Of a stretch of 64,000 nt of DNA, positions 35,102 through 44,744 are shown piece by piece. Below the pieces are notes generated by a model. That model was not told the origin of the DNA. It ran no database searches and saw only the letters and a program-made list of their open reading frames with translations. Within the stretch, counting starts at the first letter, position 1. The number at the start of each line of letters is the position of its first letter. The stretch comes from Balneolaceae bacterium (lineage in GTDB: Bacteria > Bacteroidota > Rhodothermia > Balneolales > Balneolaceae), in contig JBBDPF010000029.1 in the NCBI GenBank assembly GCA_040876545.1, forward strand, positions 1,056-65,055, in the 5' to 3' direction. The translations under genes and the position numbers were made by a program.

Positions 35102-36346
35102 TCATTTTAAACCAATGGGGAGTCTAACCTGGCTCCCCTCTTTGGTTAAACCAATTTCCAAAAACGGATTCCCTTTATAGCTCTTCAGTTTTTTGTCAAT
35201 TTCTTTTAAAGCATCATCCGAAGAATCGGGATCGTGATGCGTTAAAAACAATCTTTTTACGCCATTCTTTTTCGCTAATTCAACCACTCTTTCCCACGAA
35301 GAATGCCCCCAGCCTTCACGCTTTTTATACATTTCTTGATCGTATTGTGCATCGTGTATCAGCAAATCACACCCGGAAATAAATTTTTCGTACTGTTCTA
35401 AAAACCGAATAGGCGATGTGGTAACAGGCACTTCATTGTCAGGGGCATAAATAATACTATAGCCATTAATTGCAAACCGGTACATAGCCGTTTTGGTGGG
35501 ATGATTAGCCACTAAATACTCAACCGAAAAATGCGGGAACTCCTCTTTTTCCTCTTCCCTTGTTATATACGTCAGATCGGCACTAAGCATATTTAGTGTA
35601 ACGGGAAAAAATGTTTTGGGCAGATGGCCTGATAAAATTTCACGTGCCCCGCCTCTATACTGTTCCGGCAAGCTAACCGAAAATGAATTCAGGCGATTGT
35701 AAAGAGGTTTAAAAAAAGGAAACCCCTGTATATGGTCCCAATGAGGATGAGTAATAAAAATATCCCCAACAATATGCTCTTTTTTATAGCTTAAAAGATG
35801 ATTACCTAAATTTCTTAAACCGGTTCCGCAATCCAAAATCAGCTGTCGGTCAGATCTGGGAATTTTAATTTGTACACAGCTTGTATTACCGCCATACTTA
35901 ATATTTTCGCTGTTTGCACACGGGGTTGATCCTCTTACGCCCCAAAACTTTACTGCAATAGATTCTTGCAATAAATCTTGCACCTTATCAAAAAAAATCT
36001 CCTCTTCACCTTTTTTTTCAAAAAAAGAGATACTGCAAACGATATCAGAGTATAGCTTTTTAGATAGCTCAGAATCATCAGTCAGCATAAGGATTGGCAC
36101 AAATCGAATTCCGGGCGATGTGCTAAATACTTCACCCAAAATTTCTGCTGAGTCAGTGATTTTTTGCCCATCTAAAACGACTAAATCCGGCTCCTCTGCA
36201 TATAAAATTTTCACCAGTTGATCTTTACGCTCTAAAACAACTACCTGATCAGAACTCAGCTTATTTTTTTGCATGACCTCTCTCACAAGATCATCCTCTC
36301 CAAGTATAACTACACTATTTTTTTTGAGCCATTTCAATAAACACAT
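35102..36346 (-). CDS. response-regulator receiver domain fused to an MBL-fold metallo-hydrolase
   Basis: The N-terminal REC-like part has ILGEDD, DLVVLD and PILMLT. The C-terminal metallo-beta-lactamase part has ITHPHWDHIQGFPFF and LTHHDPD. Confidence 0.75.
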   Translation of the reverse strand: MCLLKWLKKNSVVILGEDDLVREVMQKNKLSSDQVVVLERKDQLVKILYAEEPDLVVLDGQKITDSAEILGEVFSTSPGIRFVPILMLTDDSELSKKLYSDIVCSISFFEKKGEEEIFFDKVQDLLQESIAVKFWGVRGSTPCANSENIKYGGNTSCVQIKIPRSDRQLILDCGTGLRNLGNHLLSYKKEHIVGDIFITHPHWDHIQGFPFFKPLYNRLNSFSVSLPEQYRGGAREILSGHLPKTFFPVTLNMLSADLTYITREEEKEEFPHFSVEYLVANHPTKTAMYRFAINGYSIIYAPDNEVPVTTSPIRFLEQYEKFISGCDLLIHDAQYDQEMYKKREGWGHSSWERVVELAKKNGVKRLFLTHHDPDSSDDALKEIDKKLKSYKGNPFLEIGLTKEGSQVRLPIGLK

Positions 36347-36362
36347 TTTTTAGATGAAGCAC

Positions 36363-38498
36363 TTAATCATTCTCTTTTTTTACCAGATCAATTTTCTTCT
36401 CAATTTCAGCCAGTCTATCTTCTTTCTCTGCCAACTTATTCTCAAGATTTTCAATATTCTGATTTACTTCATCCAACAGAGGACTGCTTTTACCTGAGGG
36501 CTTAAAGTAGCTGAGTGATTCTTTTTTCTGAACCAGTTCACTCTGCATCTTTTTGATCTGATTATAGAGCTTTGACGATTCCGACTTCATTTTCCGAATT
36601 TCATCAATATCGTCGGAAGAGAAATTGTCTATATTTTTCCGCCCAACAACATCCACCGCTGCCTTCGCTGCACGAAAGCGATCGTAAATCACATCGCATA
36701 CTTCGCGGTACTCTTTCCACATTCTGTTTTTGTGCTTAATAGGCACATATCCTGCTTTTTTAAACTCTTCCTGCAGGGGTTTTGCTTCTTCAACGGCTGA
36801 AATGGGATCTTCATGATCCCGCAAAGCTTTCAGTTGATCCAGCACATCTTCTTTCTCTTTAAGATTGTCTTTTCGCTCTTCCTTCACCTCCTTAAAGTGA
36901 TCGCGCCGGCGATCGTAAAAATGATCCATCGCCCCTTTAAACTTCTTCCAGATCTTACCTGATTGACGACGTGCAACGGGCCCCACCTTTTTCCATTTGT
37001 CCATCAACCGCTGCATCTCACGATGGGTATCTTCCCAATCATCAGAATCCTGAATATCTTCGGCTTTTTTGATGAGCTCCATTTTCTCATCCAAATTTTC
37101 CTGCTCCTGATCGCGCAGAACATCCAGATTATCAGCTTTTTTCTCATTAAACTTATCGGTCGCTTCTTTAAAGCGATCCCACATCTCATTTTCATCTTTC
37201 TGTGGAAGATTTCCAACCTTCTTCCATTTGCGATGTAGTTTATTTACGCGCCGGGCTGCATCCGCTAAATCATCTGCATCAATCAACGCCTCAGCCTGAT
37301 CGATAAGCTTTTTCTTTTTAGATAAAAATGTTTCTATCTGGTTTCGATAAGCCTTGTCGTGCTTAAACCGCATGGAATGGAATGTATCCTGCATTCCGTG
37401 ATAACGGTTCCAAATTTCCTGGTTTTTTTCCACCGGAACCTTACCAATTTTGCGAAACTGTTTCGATAATTTTTCAAAATCATCTTCGAGTTCCTTCCAA
37501 TTCGAATCATCATCCAAATCTTTCAAAAAGGATTCCATTTTCTCAAGAATTACCAGTTTCCCGGTCAGGTTATCTTCTTCCTGCTGCATCTTTTTAACGA
37601 TGCGATCTACTTTATGTTCGTCGAAAGTGGCTAAGAGCTTCTCAAATTTTTTCTCAAGCTCTTCGGCTTTGTCAGCCGGCACCGATTTTACTCGCTCCCA
37701 CTTTCCTTTAATTTTTCCAACTTCTTTAGTGAATGTCCACTTCTCTTCATCCACTATTTTTTTCAACTCTGTAAGAAGCTCATTCTTTTTCTCAAGATTT
37801 TGCTCACGCCGTTTTTTCTGTTCTTCGTAATGAGCCTGCTTTTTCTCTTCAAACTGAACACGTAATTCATCAATCTTTTTTCTATATCCGGATATATCTA
37901 CTCCCTCCGGGTCAGGTCCTTCGCCCCAGTTGTTATCAATATTATCGAACTCCATGGAAACGTAAGCCCAATCGGTGAGATCCATCAACGCTTCTGCTTT
38001 TTCAGCGAGTTCTTTATAGTACGTTTCTACATCGCCTTTCTCACCATCATTTGATGGTTCAGTATCTGAAGATTCTACCGATTCAGTTTCCGGTTCTACT
38101 GCCGATTTTGCTTTCTCCTTAAGTTCTTCCAGTCGTGCTTCAGCATTTTTGATCAATCCTTCAAAATCACCCACTGCATCAGCTGAGGTAATTTCTTTGG
38201 TAAGATTTTTAAAAGCTTCTTCTGCATCTTCAGTTTGGTCTGCTACCTTGCCTGACCACTCCTGAAAATAGTTTTCTACTTTTGATTCTATATTTTTAAA
38301 AGCCAATTCAAATGCTTTAATCTGCTCTTCGGCAGACTCTGCATCTACTGTGGTGAGTTTTCGCTCATCAAAAAACGACGTCTTTTTAAGCACTACATCA
38401 CCCTCGGGTGATACATATACATAATCGTTTTCAAACAAGTTATTGGTTTCGGTCTCGGTAGCTTTGGAAATCTTTTTTTCTTCAGACAAAATAAACAC
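36363..38498 (-). CDS. DUF349 repeat protein
   Basis: The protein is 711 aa, highly charged and coiled-coil-like. It carries at least five copies of the DUF349-type module (KWKKVGxVP....E.lW.rF....D.F). Confidence 0.7.
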   Translation of the reverse strand: MFILSEEKKISKATETETNNLFENDYVYVSPEGDVVLKKTSFFDERKLTTVDAESAEEQIKAFELAFKNIESKVENYFQEWSGKVADQTEDAEEAFKNLTKEITSADAVGDFEGLIKNAEARLEELKEKAKSAVEPETESVESSDTEPSNDGEKGDVETYYKELAEKAEALMDLTDWAYVSMEFDNIDNNWGEGPDPEGVDISGYRKKIDELRVQFEEKKQAHYEEQKKRREQNLEKKNELLTELKKIVDEEKWTFTKEVGKIKGKWERVKSVPADKAEELEKKFEKLLATFDEHKVDRIVKKMQQEEDNLTGKLVILEKMESFLKDLDDDSNWKELEDDFEKLSKQFRKIGKVPVEKNQEIWNRYHGMQDTFHSMRFKHDKAYRNQIETFLSKKKKLIDQAEALIDADDLADAARRVNKLHRKWKKVGNLPQKDENEMWDRFKEATDKFNEKKADNLDVLRDQEQENLDEKMELIKKAEDIQDSDDWEDTHREMQRLMDKWKKVGPVARRQSGKIWKKFKGAMDHFYDRRRDHFKEVKEERKDNLKEKEDVLDQLKALRDHEDPISAVEEAKPLQEEFKKAGYVPIKHKNRMWKEYREVCDVIYDRFRAAKAAVDVVGRKNIDNFSSDDIDEIRKMKSESSKLYNQIKKMQSELVQKKESLSYFKPSGKSSPLLDEVNQNIENLENKLAEKEDRLAEIEKKIDLVKKEND

Positions 38499-38688
38499 GT
38501 CTTAGGGTTGCACATTACGGCGCGTGGCCTTCATATTAGTTTTTAAGTTTAACTAACATTCGGTATGGAAGCAACTATTGCGCCTTTTTTTAAAACTCTA
38601 TCCACTTATAGTCACCAAATCAAAAAAGGTGCCTTATCCCGCAAGAATAAAGCATTGTTTAATTTTCAAAACATCGAACCATTACATG

Positions 38689-39519
38689 CTATTTCTGCTC
38701 ATGGATATGAACATCTTGTTGAGGGAAAGGAATGCTGATTCCGTTTGCATCAAATTCTTCTTTTACACGCTTATTAATATCGTATCTAAGTGGCCAAACA
38801 TCGCTTGTTTTTGTCCATGGCCGAACCCGAATACCAATAAAACTATCTGCATGTTCGGAAATAGCAATAAGCGGTTCAGGTTCATCTAATACCCGATCAT
38901 CCTCATCAAGTATCTTTTTGATTAATGCAATGGCATCATCCATACTATCATCATAGCTGATCCCGAATTCCAGATCAACCCGGCGAGTTTCGAACCTTGT
39001 AAGGTTTTTAATTTCATCTCCCCAAACTCTCGAATTCGGTATGGTAATTCCAATATTATCGAAAGAATGCATCTCTGTTGTAAATAATCCTATCTCATCA
39101 ACTATGCCTAAAGTGCCCCCGATTTCTACGACATCCCCCACTTTAAAGGGTCTTAATATCAGCAATACAATTCCTGAGGCAATATTACTGAGCGTTCCCT
39201 GAAGGGCAAAACCTATGGCTAAACCTGCGGCACCTAATACCGCAACAAGACTTGCTGTTTGAACTCCAAACTGACCCAGTACAATTACAAGAGTAAATAT
39301 CAATACTAAGATACGTGCTGTTTGAGCAAATACCGGCACTAATGTATCATCAAACTTTTCAGCTTTTGTGGCTGTTTTAGTCACTTTTCTCGCTACCCAA
39401 CCTGCAACAATAAATCCGGCAATAAGTATAATTACCGCTCCCAACAAATTTAATCCATGATCGACTATGAGTGGGATAAGAGCTTCGGAATTAGCACTTA
39501 AATCGTTAAAAAAGTCCAT
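38689..39519 (-). CDS. mscS: small-conductance mechanosensitive channel (MscS family)
   Basis: Three transmembrane helices are followed by the MscS beta-domain motif PFKVGDVVEIGG..G.V.EIGLF.T.....DN....IPNS. Confidence 0.85.
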   Translation of the reverse strand: MDFFNDLSANSEALIPLIVDHGLNLLGAVIILIAGFIVAGWVARKVTKTATKAEKFDDTLVPVFAQTARILVLIFTLVIVLGQFGVQTASLVAVLGAAGLAIGFALQGTLSNIASGIVLLILRPFKVGDVVEIGGTLGIVDEIGLFTTEMHSFDNIGITIPNSRVWGDEIKNLTRFETRRVDLEFGISYDDSMDDAIALIKKILDEDDRVLDEPEPLIAISEHADSFIGIRVRPWTKTSDVWPLRYDINKRVKEEFDANGISIPFPQQDVHIHEQK

Positions 39520-39554
39520 TTTTGTGGTTTATGTTAGAAATTAAATTTTCACCA

Positions 39555-39585
39555 AAATAAAAAAGCCCATAAAATTTATGGGCTC
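39555..39585 (-). terminator. Rho-independent terminator after dps
   Basis: The stem pairs agcccat with atgggct (39564-39584). On the minus strand it is followed by tttttatttt. Confidence 0.65.
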
Positions 39586-39604
39586 TTTTATAGTTAATGA
39601 TTTT

Positions 39605-40108
39605 TTATTCCAAATGACTTCTAAGCATCCAAGCTGTTTTGGAATGAACATCTAACCGGTGAGTCAGCATATCTATTGATGCTTCATCGTCAGCGGCTTC
39701 GCAAGCGGGTAGAGCTTCTCGGGCAGTACGAAGGATTGCCTCATTATCAACAGCCAGTTTTCTTACCATTTCCATTGCATCAGGATGTTCTGTGTCTTCT
39801 TCAATAGACGTGATTTCAGTGAACTCACGAAAAGATCCGGGAGCCCTGTAACCTAATGCACGAATTCGTTCGGCAATTACATCTACTGCTTCTGCAAGCT
39901 CTGTATATTGTTGTTCGAACTGTTCGTGCAGGGAGTGAAACAGTTGACCTGTTACATTCCAATGATAGTTGTGTGTCTTTAAATAAACCATGTACGAATC
40001 AGCCAATACTTTGGATAAAGCTGCGGCTATTTTCTCTCTGTCTTTTTCAGAAATCCCAATGTTAATTTCCATGATCTTTTTCCCATTTACAGTTGTTGAA
40101 GAACTCAT
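39605..40108 (-). CDS. dps: Dps family DNA-protecting ferritin-like protein
   Basis: The translation contains the ferroxidase-site region HNYHWNVTGQLFHSLHEQFEQQY and DVIAERI. An alternative start is M13 (MEINIGI) at 40072. Confidence 0.85.
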   Translation of the reverse strand: MSSSTTVNGKKIMEINIGISEKDREKIAAALSKVLADSYMVYLKTHNYHWNVTGQLFHSLHEQFEQQYTELAEAVDVIAERIRALGYRAPGSFREFTEITSIEEDTEHPDAMEMVRKLAVDNEAILRTAREALPACEAADDEASIDMLTHRLDVHSKTAWMLRSHLE

Positions 40109-40245
40109 TTCAGACCCTCAATATTTATAGTTAACCTTTGCGATTCATTCTATTAGACTTACACTTCTAACATGATAATCATTCCCTCATTTTGATCTTA
40201 ATGAAGTTGCACAAATCAAAAAGAAAAGCGCCGGTCACCTATAAA

Positions 40246-40596
40246 TCAGATCTCTATTTCGTGAACTTCTTTTAAAATCGCTTCGGCATTTTTATCATTT
40301 TTCTGCATCACTCGGTGCTGTAGATTTGTGATAATCTCAGGCTCTGCCTTTTCGAACGCTTCTTCTTTAGCATCTTTTTCCGTTCCGGTTCTCACCAGTT
40401 CATAAATATCATCAGCGCGGACGATGCTGTAAAGATTATCTTCATTAAAAGCGTGTGAACGAAGATCTTCAAATTTCTTAAATAGCTCTGGAAACTGATT
40501 GCTGTCATCAGCCCGATCAACAATTTCCACATCTTTGGGACCTTCGGCACTAAGTGGGGTTTTACACAGGTAGTAAAATTTTTGCTTGTAAATCAT
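40246..40596 (-). CDS. hypothetical protein
   Basis: This is a 116-aa acidic ORF. I recognise no motif. Confidence 0.35.
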   Translation of the reverse strand: MIYKQKFYYLCKTPLSAEGPKDVEIVDRADDSNQFPELFKKFEDLRSHAFNEDNLYSIVRADDIYELVRTGTEKDAKEEAFEKAEPEIITNLQHRVMQKNDKNAEAILKEVHEIEI

Positions 40597-40721
40597 GTGA
40601 GTAAAATAGCTTTGTGAACGTTGTGCTTGTCTACATTTATATTCAAATATAGTGTATTTTTGGCTCCATCACACATCGGAATCAATTCTGAATGTTGAGT
40701 TCTGAGATTTAAAAAATTTAC

Positions 40722-40816
40722 TAACCACAGCGGCTCGGCGGATTCACAGCGAACACGGCTTTCTCGTTTTAAATTTCCTCTGTGACCGCTGTGCATCCGC
40801 TGCGTCCGCCGTGGTA
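40722..40816. repeat. hairpin unit B1 (TAACCAC...GTGGTA)
   Basis: The left arm taaccacagcggctcggcggattcacagcg is complementary to the right arm cgctgtgcatccgctgcgtccgccgtggta. The loop is AT-rich. The unit is about 75% identical to B2. Confidence 0.8.
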
Positions 40817-40844
40817 AAAAACTTTTCCAATTGATGCACTTCTA

Positions 40845-41218
40845 TTACAAAATCACTCTTTTGATTCCATTTTTTAATAAGGAGGTATTGAAATTAATCA
40901 GTAACCCAATCTGTTATCTGAAAGTTTTAGGTAGGTTAATACTTGGGCAAGATGAACATCATGTATTGCCTCTACGGATTTTATTTCAAGGATTAAAGCG
41001 TTCCCAACAAGAAAATCCATCCGATATGCCGTTTCTAAAAAGCGTCCCTTGTATTCAAGTGGAACTTCATTTTGAGATATAAATGGGACCGATTGTTCAA
41101 TAAATTCAGCCTCAAGAGCCATTTGGTAAGCGGACTCCAGAAGTCCCGGTCCTAAATTTCTATGAACCTGAAATGCACAATCAAGAACTTTCGTTGCCAA
41201 TCTATTTTCCCTCTCCAT
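40845..41218 (-). pseudogene. GxxExxY protein gene with a C-terminal frameshift
   Basis: The ORF 40898-41218 has GPGLLESAY and LILEIKSV but stops at ...KLSDNRLGY*. The family's normal tail, GLLINFNTSLLKNGIKRVIL*, continues in the next frame to 40845. A single missing T in the ggtt(t) run near 40903 explains the shift. Confidence 0.7.
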
Positions 41219-41369
41219 AAATCCTCTTGTCTTAGGTTTATTAAGTCAATTATTTCTTTCTCAGCATTGGAATGAACTACAATTGTATGAACTCATTATT
41301 CAAACTTCCTTACAGTTTTAAGTTGTGATTTTTTCTAATGATGGGATTGATGTGCTTTAAAACCATTGC

Positions 41370-41465
41370 TAACCACAACGACTCGGCGGAGTCACGGCGA
41401 ACACGGCTTCTTCATTTAGAGTTTACTCTTTTGCCCCGCTGTGCATTCGCCGAGACGCCGTGGTA
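41370..41465. repeat. hairpin unit B2
   Basis: The unit runs from taaccacaacgactcggcggagtcacggcg to cgctgtgcattcgccgagacgccgtggta. It is a direct repeat of B1, 648 nt away, on the other side of the GxxExxY pseudogene. Confidence 0.8.
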
Positions 41466-41492
41466 TCTCCCTCAACTTAAGCCAATCCCCCA

Positions 41493-41999
41493 TCACAAAT
41501 CCTTCGGGCTCTTTATCCATTTTAAAGTACACTCACCTGAACGCACATCTTTCCAGTTTCCAATATTTACCTCAAAACAGGCAATGGTAGCGGTGGGAAC
41601 AGCATTAGTAAAACGCCTGTCTGATAGCTCAGCGATGACCTGCTCCGTCATTGGGTTGTGGCCAACTGTCATTACCACATTACACTCTTCAGACGTTTGT
41701 CTGATAGCATCCAGATAATCCTTCGATCCTCCATAATACAGATCATCATTCCACGAAATTATCTCCTCATTCACACCTAATTCATCAACCACAGACAGAA
41801 CAGTTGCTTTTGCCCGGGCTGCGGGCGAACTGACAATGGCATCAGGAATCAGGTTCAGCCGTTTCAACAACTGCCCCATTTTTGGAGCATCTTTTTTGCC
41901 CCGATTGTTCAGCGGACGCTCAAAATCCTTGAGGTCACGATCTCCCCAAGAGGATTTTGCGTGGCGCATAAGGAGAATAGTTTTGGGTGATGGTGGCAT
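41493..41999 (-). CDS. histidine phosphatase family protein (SixA-like)
   Basis: The translation has the N-terminal LLMRHAKSSW (RHG/RHA catalytic motif) and a later GHNP motif. It is 168 aa. Confidence 0.75.
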   Translation of the reverse strand: MPPSPKTILLMRHAKSSWGDRDLKDFERPLNNRGKKDAPKMGQLLKRLNLIPDAIVSSPAARAKATVLSVVDELGVNEEIISWNDDLYYGGSKDYLDAIRQTSEECNVVMTVGHNPMTEQVIAELSDRRFTNAVPTATIACFEVNIGNWKDVRSGECTLKWIKSPKDL

Positions 42000-42020
42000 T
42001 GAGCAGTTTTTTAAAGCGTA

Positions 42021-43379
42021 TTAAAATTTTCGATCAGGTACAGAATCCATCTTCAATATAGTTCTCGGTAAATAAAATCCAAGCGCCACTCCTCTTGTCA
42101 TCATAAAAAGAACCATCGCCAGCCAAAGTCCGTGAATGGCGAAAATCATCGTACCGAAATAGTAAGCAGGTAAAAAAATCACGAACGTAGCCACGAGCAT
42201 GGTATTCCGCATCGGACCGGTTTCTGTGGCGCCAATAAATATGCCATCCAAAATATAGCAGAAACTTGATACAATAGGCGCCATAATCGTCCAGATGAGA
42301 ACCACTTTTGCCAAGTCAATGACCTCCCGGTTGTTTGTGAATATTGCCAAAATCGGGTCGCTGAAAGCCCAGTAAATCAAGGTTCCTAAAACACCAAGCG
42401 CCATTCCCCAGCCAAGATTGTAGGTGACTGCTTGTTTGAGTTTTTCCTTATCCTTGCTGCCCTTAAACCTGCCGATCAAACTTTCCGCAGCATAGGCAAA
42501 ACCATCAATCCCGTACGAAGCCACCATCCAAAGCTGAAGTAAAATAGTGTTTGCTGCCAAAACTAAATCTCCCTGTTTGGCAGACATCGCCGTAAAAAAG
42601 GAAAAGGTGAAAATGAGGCAGATGGTCCGAATAAAAATATCTCTATTGACTGAAAAATACTCTTTAAGCGCTACGGTATTGATCAGCTCTGTGGGTAAAT
42701 AATGAGAAATGTATCGTTTATATCTTCTGAAAAACAGGTAAACGCCCAACCCAAGCGCCAGATACGTAGAGATCAGGGTTCCCCAAGCCACACCATCTAC
42801 GTGCATATCCAATACCTGGATAAAAAATACATTCAGCACAATGTTCAGCACGTTGTGCGCAATGGTAATGATCATTGGATATTTGGCATTCTGCATCCCC
42901 AGAAACCAGCCCTGTAACCCATAAAGAGCGAGCATTGCCGGTGCGGTATAAATCCGGATATCATAATAAACCCGTGTGTATTCGGCTACTTCATTGCTGC
43001 TCTCAATAATCCATAAACTGAATAGAATGATTGGGACCTGGAACAGAATCAACATCAACCCGATGCCAAGTGCAATGAGCTGAACTCTGGCGAGAATCAA
43101 AATCATTTTAGAGCGATCGCGGGCGCCATACTCCTGAGCGGTGAGTCCCGTTGTACCCATTCGAAGGAATCCAAATCCCCAAAAGATGAAATTAAAAATC
43201 ATACTTCCCACAGCCAGCGCACCTAAATAGTAGATTTGATCGAGATGCCCAACCAACGCTGTATCTACCACACCCAGCAGCGGTACCGAAAGGTTGCTGA
43301 TGATGTTAGGAATTGCGAGTTTTAGAATGGTTTTGTTCAAAGGACGCTGTTGGTTTACTAATAATCCGAGCTTGGGCAT
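42021..43379 (-). CDS. MATE family efflux transporter
   Basis: The protein is 452 aa with about 12 transmembrane helices. The N-terminus follows the MATE-like pattern I.KLA.P...S.....L....DTA.VGHL. Confidence 0.85.
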   Translation of the reverse strand: MPKLGLLVNQQRPLNKTILKLAIPNIISNLSVPLLGVVDTALVGHLDQIYYLGALAVGSMIFNFIFWGFGFLRMGTTGLTAQEYGARDRSKMILILARVQLIALGIGLMLILFQVPIILFSLWIIESSNEVAEYTRVYYDIRIYTAPAMLALYGLQGWFLGMQNAKYPMIITIAHNVLNIVLNVFFIQVLDMHVDGVAWGTLISTYLALGLGVYLFFRRYKRYISHYLPTELINTVALKEYFSVNRDIFIRTICLIFTFSFFTAMSAKQGDLVLAANTILLQLWMVASYGIDGFAYAAESLIGRFKGSKDKEKLKQAVTYNLGWGMALGVLGTLIYWAFSDPILAIFTNNREVIDLAKVVLIWTIMAPIVSSFCYILDGIFIGATETGPMRNTMLVATFVIFLPAYYFGTMIFAIHGLWLAMVLFMMTRGVALGFYLPRTILKMDSVPDRKF

Positions 43380-43478
43380 TAAGTCATACCCTTTTTGATG
43401 ATTTTCTGACGTTTTATTTAAACCTTGTCATCAAAACCACAAAAAGTATCGTTTAATTTTCACGATTAAAACCAAAAC

Positions 43479-44147
43479 ATGGAACTAAGCTATTGGCAGA
43501 GTCGCTGGCGAAAAAATAAGATTGGGTTTCATCTGCCTGAGGGATATCCCGGGTTGCAGAAGTACTGGCATCATCTCGATATTACCGATCATCCTGTGGT
43601 ACTGGTTCCTCTTTGTGGTAAATCCATTGATATGGTTTGGATGGAAGAACAGGGAGGGACCGTTATTGGTGTGGAAATCTCAGAAAAAGCAATTCTGGAT
43701 TTTTTGGATGAAAACAATCGGGAGTATAAAACAAACACATTTGCCAATTTCACCATTTATCAAACAGGCAAGATTCATCTCTGGTGCGGCGATTTTATGA
43801 AGCTGCCTAAGCACAAACTCCCAAAAATTAATCTGATTTTTGACAAAGGGGCCTTAATTGCCCTGCCACCCAAAATGCGAATTTCATATTTTTACAAAAT
43901 AAAAGAGCTTGCCGGTAATAGCACAAAAATACTGCTCCAACATTTCGAATATCCTCAAAATCAAATGCCCGGGCCACCTTTTAGTGTTTCTGAAGAAGAG
44001 ATTGAAAATGCTTTTAAAGCCACTTTTTCGATCCATTTGCTTGAATCGAACAACATCAAGCCGGAAACTTTTCCTAAATTTCAGCGTCGGGGATTAAATA
44101 GCATAATAGTAGAACAGCTATTGTTTTTGGAGCCAAAGTTGCCTTAA
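43479..44147 (+). CDS. tpm: thiopurine S-methyltransferase family protein
   Basis: The N-terminus YWQSRWRKNKIGFHL is typical of TPMT. It is followed by VLVPLCGKS and FDKGALIALPP. Confidence 0.75.
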   Translation: MELSYWQSRWRKNKIGFHLPEGYPGLQKYWHHLDITDHPVVLVPLCGKSIDMVWMEEQGGTVIGVEISEKAILDFLDENNREYKTNTFANFTIYQTGKIHLWCGDFMKLPKHKLPKINLIFDKGALIALPPKMRISYFYKIKELAGNSTKILLQHFEYPQNQMPGPPFSVSEEEIENAFKATFSIHLLESNNIKPETFPKFQRRGLNSIIVEQLLFLEPKLP

Positions 44148-44265
44148 TTTTGAATTAAATGTTAACTTTCTGCTACTTAAGCTTTTGAAAGTTGCATCTC
44201 AAGTAACCTGCATTTATTTTCAGTCTCATTTTAACGATCTTCGTAAAACCTCATTCAACTGTCTC

Positions 44266-44742
44266 ATGGATATAGATAAGCGCAATAATCTACTTACAAT
44301 TTTACTCGGAGTTTTGATTCTCGGTCTCAGCTGGTACTTGTATCGCTCATTAGTTGACCCATATCAAGAAGTATTGGAAGAACGCGAGCTGGTAGAAAGA
44401 GAACGCCACCGTATGGAAATTACACGTGATGCCTTGGTTCAGTACAAAAATAGAAGAGGCGATTTTCCACCAACTGAAGGCGGTTTAGATAGTTTGGTAG
44501 CCTTTTTAAAATCAGATTCCTTTATGGTTGAACGAGGAGATTCGTTACTTGCATTCCGGTCTCCTTCAACATACTCACCGGATTCTGTAATTTACTCACC
44601 CCGGGCTCCTCACAACAGATTTGAGTATACTCTCAACGATACTATAAACCCAAAGCTTTATCTCTTAGAAAATCCGGGATCGGACGATCGAATTGGTGAT
44701 CTTGAGCGGACAACGATGTTGAATGCTCCTAACTGGAACTAA
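44266..44742 (+). CDS. membrane-anchored protein with a GspG/pseudopilin-like domain (hypothetical)
   Basis: The ATG at 44266 is in frame within the track ORF that starts at 44185 (TTG). One transmembrane helix (LLTILLGVLILGLSWYLY) is followed by DALVQYKNRRGDFPPTEGGLDSLV. This resembles the GspG core motif Y..dnG.yPtteqGL.aLv. Confidence 0.45.
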   Translation: MDIDKRNNLLTILLGVLILGLSWYLYRSLVDPYQEVLEERELVERERHRMEITRDALVQYKNRRGDFPPTEGGLDSLVAFLKSDSFMVERGDSLLAFRSPSTYSPDSVIYSPRAPHNRFEYTLNDTINPKLYLLENPGSDDRIGDLERTTMLNAPNWN

Positions 44743-44744
44743 AT

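Noticed and set aside
40593-40796. 67-aa ORF at 40593-40796 and 126-aa ORF at 41338-41718
   Set aside because: Both are read through the B1/B2 hairpin repeats, giving peptide strings such as HSGHRGN...RVRCESAEP. The second also overlaps the sixA-like gene in antisense. They are artefacts of the GC-rich repeat arms.
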